From: a virus
Strand: one strand, 5' to 3'
IMG/VR virus record: IMGVR_UViG_3300023184_000030
Span: 96,001-160,000 of that record
Length of the DNA stretch: 64,000 bases
Within the stretch, counting starts at the first letter, position 1. The number at the start of each line of letters is the position of its first letter. The position numbers and the translations under genes were made by a program. Below the pieces are notes generated by a model, which was not told the DNA's origin, ran no database searches, and was given only the letters and a program-made list of their open reading frames with translations. Of the stretch, positions 1 to 8,657 are shown in pieces.

Positions 1-292
1 CTATTCTACCCTTAATGTATACATCTGCGCCATTAAGTATAGCGCTGTTTATCGAATCGCCCCAAGCTACAATATTAAATCCATTTACATCGGATATATT
101 CAAATCAATATAACCCGGATCAACGTCCAGCTGACTAACTGATACTTGACCGTCAGAAGAAACCGATGATGAAGTTACGTACGTAAACTTTTGATCAAGT
201 TCACTAGGACCTGTTGCCCCAATGTAATTAAAGTTTAGTGGGCTTCCAGTCTTATCATAAAAATTAAGCCTTCTATAGAAAAATTCTGACAT
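1..292 (-). CDS. Partial ORF (N-terminus only; runs off window), probable baseplate/tail structural protein
   Basis: ATG at 290-292; frame open to base 1 (MSEFFYRRLNFYDKTGSPLNFNYIGATGP...); follows gp25/gp6 operon; not in ORF track because it is truncated. Confidence 0.6.
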   Translation of the reverse strand, partial: MSEFFYRRLNFYDKTGSPLNFNYIGATGPSELDQKFTYVTSSSVSSDGQVSVSQLDVDPGYIDLNISDVNGFNIVAWGDSINSAILNGADVYIKGRI

Positions 293-295
293 ATT

Positions 296-826
296 TTAAA
301 AAACCCTTTTATTATTTTTCTTAACTGTGTAATTAACAAAATTCTTAATCTGTTTGGTCGTTTCAACCAGACCAAAAACTACTCTATTAAAATATCCAAG
401 TATTCCTTCTTTAATAGGATCTCTATAAAGAACATTGGATAAAGATCTTTTTAATAACTGATCCCTATAATCAAATCCATTATAAAGATTGTCATTAAAG
501 CTATCCCTTATGTCATAGATATTCTGGGTAGGATCGAATTCATAATACCTTCTTTCTACTGGAATTTTTGGCATTAATTTCATAATAGTTTTATATTCCA
601 ACATATCAGAGCAAGGTGCATATTTATATTCACCCAAACCACTAGAAAGAATCCTTCTATATCCAGAGCATCCTATATTATAAGATCTATCCGAAGCAAG
701 TTCTGCTGTTGGGTATAAATCCTTAGGATCATAGAAAGTAGTGTTATCAGTTCTTGGTTTTATCCCAGCAACTGTATAGTTTACTCCTTTCTTAAGGTCA
801 GGGAAAAATGGTGAATAGTTATCCAT
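296..826 (-). CDS. Hypothetical protein, probably baseplate-associated
   Basis: 176 aa; 1-nt overlap with the gp6-like gene; function from position only. Confidence 0.5.
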   Translation of the reverse strand: MDNYSPFFPDLKKGVNYTVAGIKPRTDNTTFYDPKDLYPTAELASDRSYNIGCSGYRRILSSGLGEYKYAPCSDMLEYKTIMKLMPKIPVERRYYEFDPTQNIYDIRDSFNDNLYNGFDYRDQLLKRSLSNVLYRDPIKEGILGYFNRVVFGLVETTKQIKNFVNYTVKKNNKRVF

Positions 827-2550
827 TAGTTATTGTTTATAAGTTGAGATTTCATTTCAGCATTTAGAGACATGTTGAAATTCACAGGTATTACTTTAGC
901 AATACTTACATTAAGAGCTCCCGGTTTACCCTGAACTATTCCCTGCTGGTAATTTGTACCGTTTCTATCGCTCCATCCTCCTCTTAAAACAACCAGATCA
1001 TTTCTACCTATTATAATATCACCAAACTCATTAAGGCCAACCTGTTGTTGTAATTGTGCATCCGAAACGTTGGTTAAACTTCTAAGTAAAGTTTGATTTT
1101 TTTCATTAGCTTCTCCGACAAAATAGAAAGAAACCGAATCTACTCCTTCAACGGATTCCACTAAAGCTATTATATCTGATTTAGGAATGAAATCTCTCCT
1201 TTTTAGATTTAACATATACTCGGAAACTTTCTTTCTTATAGCTTGTCTTATCGTCTCAGGATCATATCCTTCAAACATAGTAATCACCACGTTTGCCACG
1301 TATCTTTTAATTTGGGGTTCTACTATTCTAACAACAGTTGTTGCAATCATAGACCCAGAATCCTCAATAAGATTTATTACCTTAGTTTTCTGATTAGTAG
1401 TAAGTAAAAAGTCTGATACTGGGATATCGAAATAATCCTCATTAGAAGAAATATTTAAAGTTATATCAGGGACTAGGAAAATATAAACTACGTTATCATC
1501 GTCCAGATAATCATCATCAAATGTAGAAAATGCTTGGATCTGCGAAAATATCCCAAGTTTATTTAGAAAAATCTCATAATTTTGCGCATTAGCAAAAACG
1601 AAAGATCTACTGGTCTTTGGTGCAACCAATCTTATCAGATTTGTAGTTTCTGGATTTGTTCCGAAAGAAGGATCTATAGAATTAAGTGCATCTATGTAGT
1701 TATTTAGATCTACCTCAGCTCCAAATAAATCTGTCCCGCTGCTAACAAATTTATAGGTTAGTGGTTTTTCCTTAGTTGAAACAGCGTTTCCTGATCCTCC
1801 TGAGGTCTGAAGATATTCTATTCTTATTCTCGATCCTCTTTGTGGAACCATACCAAAATTAGAATTACCAAAATAAACATCAAGGCCTTCCTGTATTCCT
1901 GTTCTGACTATAAAGCCCTTTCCGTTTAAAGGAATATCATATAGAGAATCGTATCTTCTCCATTTTTCCTCATTAACATAAACATCAACATAGAACTGAT
2001 CAAGGTAAGCTCCAGAAGAAGACGGAAGATTAAAACTTTGTAAAACGCTTCCTGTTCCAGTTACCACAGAACTGATAAAATCCCCCTGTGCTACTTTAAC
2101 TCTAAGAGGGCTTGGACTACCTCCAAGTTGAATTGTTACCCTTGAAGATCCAAAAACTAATGAATATAATTTACCGTTTTCCTGACACCTTATTTGAGCA
2201 TGGTTGTTTATTATAACCGCACTTCCACCTATATCTGATTGTCTTCTATTCCAAGATAGAGTTACCTCTCCTTGTGCAGTACTTGCTCTCCCTGGATCAT
2301 AACCAGCTATTCTAGCTAAACTCCTAACAGAATAATCTCTGGTTGCTTGCTCTATATTTAATTCAGTTATCGAATCCTCTATGAAATATAGAATCATCTG
2401 CGAAAGGTTCTGTAAAACGAAAAGTATCTGTCCCCAAGCAGATGCTACGGTAAAAAGATTTGTCGTTTGGTTATACGTGTCTTGCAGGAAAGAAAACGTG
2501 TCGTTTAATAGACCGTTAATTAGGATATTATTCTTCTTAAAAATATTCAT
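826..2550 (-). CDS. gp6: Baseplate wedge subunit (T4 gp6 / baseplate J-like)
   Basis: N-terminal ATRDYSVRSLARIAGYDP, VYFGNSNFGMVP, IRIEYLQTSG, VESVEGVDSV motifs; directly follows gp25-like gene. Confidence 0.8.
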   Translation of the reverse strand: MNIFKKNNILINGLLNDTFSFLQDTYNQTTNLFTVASAWGQILFVLQNLSQMILYFIEDSITELNIEQATRDYSVRSLARIAGYDPGRASTAQGEVTLSWNRRQSDIGGSAVIINNHAQIRCQENGKLYSLVFGSSRVTIQLGGSPSPLRVKVAQGDFISSVVTGTGSVLQSFNLPSSSGAYLDQFYVDVYVNEEKWRRYDSLYDIPLNGKGFIVRTGIQEGLDVYFGNSNFGMVPQRGSRIRIEYLQTSGGSGNAVSTKEKPLTYKFVSSGTDLFGAEVDLNNYIDALNSIDPSFGTNPETTNLIRLVAPKTSRSFVFANAQNYEIFLNKLGIFSQIQAFSTFDDDYLDDDNVVYIFLVPDITLNISSNEDYFDIPVSDFLLTTNQKTKVINLIEDSGSMIATTVVRIVEPQIKRYVANVVITMFEGYDPETIRQAIRKKVSEYMLNLKRRDFIPKSDIIALVESVEGVDSVSFYFVGEANEKNQTLLRSLTNVSDAQLQQQVGLNEFGDIIIGRNDLVVLRGGWSDRNGTNYQQGIVQGKPGALNVSIAKVIPVNFNMSLNAEMKSQLINNN

Positions 2551-2559
2551 TTCTGTATA

Positions 2560-2931
2560 TTAGGTTATTCTTAGTGTAACTAGAGGACTTAATCCTCCAT
2601 TTACTGGTATTTTAAAATCTATTGTTGCTATATCTCTTTCTGTTCCTACATAAAATTTAAGATCATAAGAGCCTCCAAGTTTTCTAAAAAGAGGGATATA
2701 TGTTTTTAAAAATAGATCCAATTCTTTCCTTATGCTAGATTCGGAAAGATTTAAGCTAAATATAAGCTCCTCCAGATTAAGCCCAAATTTAGTGTCACCA
2801 AGTACCTCTCCCTTATTGGTAAGAAGCATCATTTTTAATTGGCCTACACAAATCTCCACCGGATCGGTTGTTTCGATCTGGAATGGGTTATAGCTTGGGT
2901 CTAGTGGATCCCTGTTATAAATCTCTCTCAT
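2560..2931 (-). CDS. gp25: Baseplate wedge / sheath initiator (T4 gp25-like)
   Basis: LKMMLLTNKGEVLGDTKFGLNLEELIF matches the gp25 L.T..GE....P.FG..L...LF pattern; 123 aa. Confidence 0.8.
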   Translation of the reverse strand: MREIYNRDPLDPSYNPFQIETTDPVEICVGQLKMMLLTNKGEVLGDTKFGLNLEELIFSLNLSESSIRKELDLFLKTYIPLFRKLGGSYDLKFYVGTERDIATIDFKIPVNGGLSPLVTLRIT

Positions 2932-2947
2932 AGAAAATCTTTCATAT

Positions 2948-2955
2948 TATATATC
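2948..2955 (-). promoter_or_regulatory. Putative late promoter GATATATA upstream of gp25 operon
   Basis: Recurrent motif before structural genes; resembles T4 late TATAAATA. Confidence 0.6.
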
Positions 2956-2983
2956 ATAGATTTTAAACACGCTGAACGTAAAC

Positions 2984-3018
2984 AAAAAACCTCTCGCTTT
3001 TTTAAAAACGAGAGGTTT
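2984..3018 (-). terminator. Rho-independent terminator after neck gene
   Basis: Stem AAACCTCTCG/CGAGAGGTTT followed by T-run on minus strand. Confidence 0.7.
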
Positions 3019-3037
3019 ATCTATAATAAGCTCTATA

Positions 3038-3814
3038 TTAATTCCATTGAAGGAAGTAGCTAGGTGTGTTTTCTCCGTTAATCATATCCATAACTTCCTG
3101 CAATTCTGTTTCCCCAGTGGTTCTGATATCAGAAGCGTTTATCTGAACTCCTCCAGGTAGATTGTAGGTAAATACAGAAAGCATGTTTGCTAGTGCTATT
3201 TTAGATTTAGCTATACAATATCTAACAAAAAGCTCATCTGCAAAAAGATCATCATCATTTAGTGCAACAAAGCATCTAACAGATACATCAGTACCACCAA
3301 CACCAAATCCCTGGGCAAGTTGACCTTTACCAGATCTATTAGGATCTCTACCAGAAATGGTTAATTTTTTGCTATTTTTGTTCCACTTAAAAGCAAAAGT
3401 CTCTAATAAATATGCTTTAGCTAAATCGAAATATGAATACATGACAGTACGATAAACTAAATTATCTCCGACAAAAGGTGAAAGTAATAATTCAGACCCA
3501 AGTAATTTAGAATCTCCAAAATCTTTATCCGGATTACCCGATATTCCTGATCCACCAACTTCTCTAACATCATATACACTAATGATAGATTCTGGTAATT
3601 TTATTTGTCTGGTTGCTCTAAATTCAGGATGTCTAAATATTTCATTCTTCAGGATGAAAACTCTATCCTCGACAGCATATTGATAATTGTCAAAAAACCA
3701 TGCTTTGGCTCTTTTGATTATTCTTTTTGTTTCTTGCTGATTTAGATTATATGGAAGGGCACAGCTAAAAGAAAGTGCGTCTTCTATTTCTTGTATTAAT
3801 TCTTCTTCTGTCAT
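3038..3814 (-). CDS. gp13: Neck / head-tail adaptor (T4 gp13-like)
   Basis: C-terminal YNLPGGVQINASDIRTTGETELQE matches gp13 LPGG(V/I).(L/I)NG motif. Confidence 0.7.
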   Translation of the reverse strand: MTEEELIQEIEDALSFSCALPYNLNQQETKRIIKRAKAWFFDNYQYAVEDRVFILKNEIFRHPEFRATRQIKLPESIISVYDVREVGGSGISGNPDKDFGDSKLLGSELLLSPFVGDNLVYRTVMYSYFDLAKAYLLETFAFKWNKNSKKLTISGRDPNRSGKGQLAQGFGVGGTDVSVRCFVALNDDDLFADELFVRYCIAKSKIALANMLSVFTYNLPGGVQINASDIRTTGETELQEVMDMINGENTPSYFLQWN

Positions 3815-3830
3815 CTTTTAGCGGTTATTT

Positions 3831-5237
3831 TTAAAAGTTCATGTTACCGAATCTTGGATTATTGTATCTATCATTTAGATCCTTTAATCTCTTGTCGGTA
3901 ACGAATCTTTCTTTTCTGAAATCTTCCCAGCCTTTAACTTTCAATGTCTCCTTACTTACGTCGGCGTTTTCACCAATCTCACCGGCTCTTAAAACTCCAT
4001 CCTTTATCTTACAATTGATACTTTTACCTTCGCAATCAATAAAGCAATCTTCAAGTTCGTTTCCGAAATCAACAACACAATCTTTAATCTTCGAAGATGT
4101 AACTGTTGTGTCATTAACTATATAGCATTCCTCTATCGATGATTTTTTTATCTTAGAGCTGTAGATATTACAGTTTTTGATGACACCATTCTTTATATCA
4201 CAAAGTATAAGATCAATGTCTTTAAGTTCCAAAGCCTCTCTACTTCTAGCGTCTTTTAATTGACATCTTCCTGTGGTAGTGTCATAATTAAAATATCCTG
4301 ACGTAACGTTACCCTCGACGATTATATCGAATATTTTATCTCTGATAACTGACCAGTATGTTTTTATATTCTCGTCCCATCCTTTAAGATCTACAAAGAT
4401 ATGAAAATCTGGGTAATTTCTAAAGAAGAAATCAGGATCACTAAAAGATCTAACGACCTTAGTATACTGATTCATCATACTTTGAAGCTTAGCAAGATCC
4501 TCTTTTGAGTATCCTATTATTCTATGACTAAGCAAATCATAAAGGTAAAGAATTACATAATCTATGACCTCTCTTATGTCTTTGCTTTTCTTCTGGTAAT
4601 CTCTATTACCGAGATATCTAAATTCTAAATACCCCTTTGGTATTTTTGTGAAGTTTACTCCATAGTATTTGTCCTCAGGAACTTTAAACATTCGGGGATC
4701 AATGGTAGTTAGATTTTCAACCATAGAAAATCTATTTCTAGGAACTACTCTTTTTATAGATTTGGCGTAAACGTTTTTAGACCTATTACCAAATTTTGAA
4801 TAGATAAAATTCTCATCAAGACCTAGTATAAATTTTAGTTTATCTAGATTTTCTATCTTATCCTTAACGTCTTTTCTGAATTTATCATAGCTAACTGAGA
4901 ACTGGAATGCGCATCTATCTGTCGTCCAACCATTATCATCTATCCAATTAAGAACTTTAATTAATATGGTAATAGCTTCATTATAAGGTAATGGTCCAGT
5001 AATGAACTCCATCATCTTGCTTCCCCCTGAATAATCAGGCTCTAGCTTACATGTGCTGGCATCAACAACAATATTAGAGTGGTACCTTTCTGATACCACT
5101 ACCTTTTTCTTAATCAGCTTAGAAAGAGATTCAGCTGCCCTGCCCTTTAGCATATTAGTATAAAATTCAAATTCGAATCCTATTACAGATGAGCTAAGAG
5201 CATGGAGCTTATCAAAATGTGTTCTGTTATCGGTCAT
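3831..5237 (-). CDS. Amidoligase-2 (COOH-NH2 ligase)-like protein with C-terminal beta-helix-like repeats
   Basis: IGFEFEF, EPDYSGG..MEFITGPL, KYYGVNF and YLEFRYLG motifs; usual CG.HVH reads CAFQFS. Confidence 0.55.
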   Translation of the reverse strand: MTDNRTHFDKLHALSSSVIGFEFEFYTNMLKGRAAESLSKLIKKKVVVSERYHSNIVVDASTCKLEPDYSGGSKMMEFITGPLPYNEAITILIKVLNWIDDNGWTTDRCAFQFSVSYDKFRKDVKDKIENLDKLKFILGLDENFIYSKFGNRSKNVYAKSIKRVVPRNRFSMVENLTTIDPRMFKVPEDKYYGVNFTKIPKGYLEFRYLGNRDYQKKSKDIREVIDYVILYLYDLLSHRIIGYSKEDLAKLQSMMNQYTKVVRSFSDPDFFFRNYPDFHIFVDLKGWDENIKTYWSVIRDKIFDIIVEGNVTSGYFNYDTTTGRCQLKDARSREALELKDIDLILCDIKNGVIKNCNIYSSKIKKSSIEECYIVNDTTVTSSKIKDCVVDFGNELEDCFIDCEGKSINCKIKDGVLRAGEIGENADVSKETLKVKGWEDFRKERFVTDKRLKDLNDRYNNPRFGNMNF

Positions 5238-6417
5238 TTACCGGCTCTGCGAAAATTTTTCCGCTAGCAGGTTCAACTTCGTAAACCGTAACTAGTAGAT
5301 CATCCCCAGGTTTAAGATTTTTGGTATTTTTACCAATTCTCTCCTGAGGGATAAGAGCCATAAGACCAAATTCTACAAGATCAATAAGAATACCATTCTT
5401 TCTCTTGTGTTTAATTTTTGCTTCAATTGGCTCGCATGTTCCGTCCTTAATTTGTTTATCAAGATCGTGTATAATAACGTTTCTTTCTAGAGGTTTCTCT
5501 AGAGTTAATGTTAATCTGTTATTATCTTTAATTTCCTTAACGTAGAATTCAATCTCATCACCAGGATTTACTCCAGTGATCGAGTTATCCTCGCTGAATT
5601 CAGTTTTATGGATAAGTCCTGTGTAAACCTCTTCCCATTCAACAAATACGCCAAAGTCGCTTGTTCCAGTAACATATCCTTTATATTTCTTAGTAAGATC
5701 CAATTCCTGAATCTTGCTTTCCATAATTTTATTAAGATATTTCTTGTAAGAAACGATAAAGATGTCTTTAGGCTCAACGTAGCCCTCAATCATTACATGT
5801 AATTCTTTTCCGATATAAGATTCAAAATCTGTGATTCTATTGGCAGCAGCCAAAGATCCAGGTAAGAAACATTTAATTCCTGATAGATCAACAATGTATC
5901 CACCTTTATTAATGCTCTCAATTTTAACTCTGTATGCGCTAGACTCCTTCTTAATCTGTTCGAATAATTCAACTCTAAGACTGTGGATATAATATTCGAC
6001 AACCGAACCTGTGTATATCCCGCCGCTTTTTCTAATCTTAGCCTGTAATACATCGCCAGGATTGAAAGATATGCCAGTTATTTTTAATTTGTCAGCGTCC
6101 TTTCTCTCCTTCTTAAGATCTATGTAAATTGTTTGCCCTGTGCTTGTCTGTGCTAGTGCCTCAGTCTCGGTAACACTTACAACCTTACATGGGTAAACGT
6201 TACCTTCGTCAAGATCTTTAGATAAACTCGTATTTTCAGGAACGTCTCTGAAATAATTATTATAAGCATCTAAAAGTTCCTGAGCATAAGGCTCATGACA
6301 ATAAATTTTTGACCCACTAGGAATCCTTTTTAGTTTAGTGTTTGGTTTTCTGCCATTCTCTACTTCCCAGTTAAAATCGTCTGGATTGTGTGTTTTAGTT
6401 GATGATAAATCAATCAT
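5227..6417 (-). CDS. Ribosomal protein S1-like protein (multiple S1 OB domains)
   Basis: KIESINKGGYIVDLSGIKCFLPGS; GYVTGTSDFGVFVEWEEVYTGLIHKTEFS; GILIDLVEFGLMALIP are S1-domain signatures. Confidence 0.8.
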   Translation of the reverse strand: MIDLSSTKTHNPDDFNWEVENGRKPNTKLKRIPSGSKIYCHEPYAQELLDAYNNYFRDVPENTSLSKDLDEGNVYPCKVVSVTETEALAQTSTGQTIYIDLKKERKDADKLKITGISFNPGDVLQAKIRKSGGIYTGSVVEYYIHSLRVELFEQIKKESSAYRVKIESINKGGYIVDLSGIKCFLPGSLAAANRITDFESYIGKELHVMIEGYVEPKDIFIVSYKKYLNKIMESKIQELDLTKKYKGYVTGTSDFGVFVEWEEVYTGLIHKTEFSEDNSITGVNPGDEIEFYVKEIKDNNRLTLTLEKPLERNVIIHDLDKQIKDGTCEPIEAKIKHKRKNGILIDLVEFGLMALIPQERIGKNTKNLKPGDDLLVTVYEVEPASGKIFAEPVNDR

Positions 6418-6443
6418 GTTTTTTTTGTTTAAGAAGTTATTAA

Positions 6444-6471
6444 TCTTAGTATATATCTAAGCTTAAGTTCC
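6444..6471 (-). promoter_or_regulatory. Overlapping putative ECF-type promoter (GGAAC-N17-CTAAGA) and late motif GATATATA (6450-6457) upstream of the S1 gene
   Basis: Both motifs seen directly and both recur elsewhere in the window. Confidence 0.45.
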
Positions 6472-6490
6472 TTTAAAAGTCCGTAATATT

Positions 6491-7951
6491 TTAAAAAACT
6501 ATGGGAACAAAACCTACCATAGGAACAGGTCCAGCGGTGGTTGGTATACCGCCACTATAAATGAGCTTAAATTCAAGCATATTGGCTGCAAACGAGAAAG
6601 CTAGAGCAGTAGCAACTGCAGTAGCACTAATTGGTTTCTCAGGTAAAGTTTTGAAAAGTTTTCCTGTATTTAATGCTCTTCTAAGATAACCAGCAAGTCT
6701 TTTTCTGCTCCCGTAATAAAGGGGAACATAGAAACCACCTAAAGGTGCGGTAATTATACAGGGCGGTATTGGGGGTGCTGCTGAAAATGGTTGTTGTAGT
6801 GTGGAAGCCCAATAAGCTAAAATTCCGGTAGCCATGATAATATAAGGGTCATTAACGTCGTCTTTCTCTGAAGCTTTCTTTTCCGCATCTGCTAATTCCT
6901 GGATGTACCTTTGTTTTAGTTCAACAAATCTCTTTGCCTCTTCACCATATGCTGCAGCTTTTGTTGCATTTATACCAGCCAAAGAATTCTCTAGACCTTG
7001 CTTATATGTGCTATAAGTAGATGAGCTCTTTGACAGATAATTTAACTGCTGTATATTGAACGATCCGATATTTCCCCCGAAGAGCTTATCTAGATTATCA
7101 TTAGTTAATATATTACTTACTTTAAATGTTTCGTCTATAGCCAGGTTTACTATATAATTATCCTGAGTTAGCCTTTTAAAGTATCTGCTGTTATAATTTT
7201 TATCATAGGTGAACTTAGTTATAAAATCTCTTACCATATAATCAGGTATTCTCTGTGGATCATTAATGTGCTCCTCTTGAAACAATTCCTTAGAAATATT
7301 GACATCCGGAAGATTCTTAAAATCTTCTATTTTTTTACTTCCGCTAGTTCCTATGCTCTTTATGATTTCTAGAGCTTTGTTTGAAATCTCTGTTGTCCAA
7401 TCGGGATAACTAGGATCAAATCTCAGTACATATAGCCATTGGATATAATCTGATGTTCCGTCATATTTCTGGACTATTCTTCTTGCTATCTCTAAAACCT
7501 GCTGGCTTCTAGTAGTCGGAAAATTTGGAAATTGCGAGAAGAATAACGAATAGGTAAAGTCCGGTATAGTTTCTCCCCTTGACTCTGCCCAAGCTAAAAA
7601 CTCAAGATCAAACTTATCAAGATATGCGTCAGTATTAACAGAGGGAATTGGATCTTTTAAATCCGCATATTTAGGATCCTTTATTTTATCTGCTAATGTT
7701 GGTGATCTTTCTTCCTCCAGTAATTTAAAAGCTTTTTTAAATGCGGTTTTTATAATTTCCGAATCACCCTGCTGATGTAAGTTACCAAAAGGTGTTTGTG
7801 CCTTTCCCGATATAGCCAAAACGTATTGATTTGCTAAATATGTTGCAAAATCATCTACATCTTGTCCTGGCTTATCATAAGCCCCCTGAATTGATTGCAA
7901 AGAAAGCTTAATAGAAACATTACTTATAAAAGAACCCCAATTTGCTGGCAT
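6491..7951 (-). CDS. Hypothetical protein, baseplate-spike associated
   Basis: 486 aa directly downstream of spike gene; Pro/Gly-rich hydrophobic C-terminus. Confidence 0.5.
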   Translation of the reverse strand: MPANWGSFISNVSIKLSLQSIQGAYDKPGQDVDDFATYLANQYVLAISGKAQTPFGNLHQQGDSEIIKTAFKKAFKLLEEERSPTLADKIKDPKYADLKDPIPSVNTDAYLDKFDLEFLAWAESRGETIPDFTYSLFFSQFPNFPTTRSQQVLEIARRIVQKYDGTSDYIQWLYVLRFDPSYPDWTTEISNKALEIIKSIGTSGSKKIEDFKNLPDVNISKELFQEEHINDPQRIPDYMVRDFITKFTYDKNYNSRYFKRLTQDNYIVNLAIDETFKVSNILTNDNLDKLFGGNIGSFNIQQLNYLSKSSSTYSTYKQGLENSLAGINATKAAAYGEEAKRFVELKQRYIQELADAEKKASEKDDVNDPYIIMATGILAYWASTLQQPFSAAPPIPPCIITAPLGGFYVPLYYGSRKRLAGYLRRALNTGKLFKTLPEKPISATAVATALAFSFAANMLEFKLIYSGGIPTTAGPVPMVGFVPIVF

Positions 7952-7953
7952 TG

Positions 7954-8655
7954 TTATTTGGTTTTAGATACTTGACTTAAGTGCTGAGGATCGGTCATAG
8001 GTACAACAGGTACACCAGAAGGACCTACCCCAGTAGGATGTGTATGGGTATTAAAGAAAGTTAGAAAGGTGCTTCCTAAAACTAGCTTTTCGATAGCGGC
8101 TTCTCCCAGCTCTATATTTTGGGATTTTACGATTACCTTTTGCTTTGCGCCTTGTTTTTCCATTCTGACCTCATCGTCATTTAACTTTAAAACTATTCTG
8201 AGCTTTTCCTTATTAGTACCAGCATTCTGCGTGTCTAGCTGAATTGTAGCATCGCCTAGCTGAAAAACAAGCCCTTTTTTTCTTGTATAAAGCATCTTCA
8301 GAGTTCCTGGTTGAGCCTCCGAGTCATAAATTAAAGCTTGTGTACCCTCATATGAATTATCCTCCTTGAGTTCTGTCATAAGATCCTTAGAAATCTCCTT
8401 GATATAGTGATAGCTTAACTTATAATAATTATTATCCTCAAAATGAACTGCTACTACAGACCCTACTCTAGGTATGGTTATGTTACCCCCGCCAAAACCT
8501 CCACCAAAAGATAAACCTGCAATCTGCTCAGCCCACGGTAAATCATCCGAAGGAAGACCATCAAATACACCAAAAACTTCTATTCTTGCTCTTCCTTGAT
8601 AAAGTGGATCTTTTATATCAACCACCTTACCGAGGTACGTTTTTTCACTTGGCAT
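7954..8655 (-). CDS. Baseplate central spike (gp5 OB-fold / P2 gpV-like)
   Basis: YLGKVVDIKDPLYQGRARIEVFG..LPWA..IPRVGSVVAVHF OB-fold; C-terminal HTHPTGVGPSG HxH metal-binding apex. Confidence 0.85.
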   Translation of the reverse strand: MPSEKTYLGKVVDIKDPLYQGRARIEVFGVFDGLPSDDLPWAEQIAGLSFGGGFGGGNITIPRVGSVVAVHFEDNNYYKLSYHYIKEISKDLMTELKEDNSYEGTQALIYDSEAQPGTLKMLYTRKKGLVFQLGDATIQLDTQNAGTNKEKLRIVLKLNDDEVRMEKQGAKQKVIVKSQNIELGEAAIEKLVLGSTFLTFFNTHTHPTGVGPSGVPVVPMTDPQHLSQVSKTK

Positions 8656-8657
8656 AA

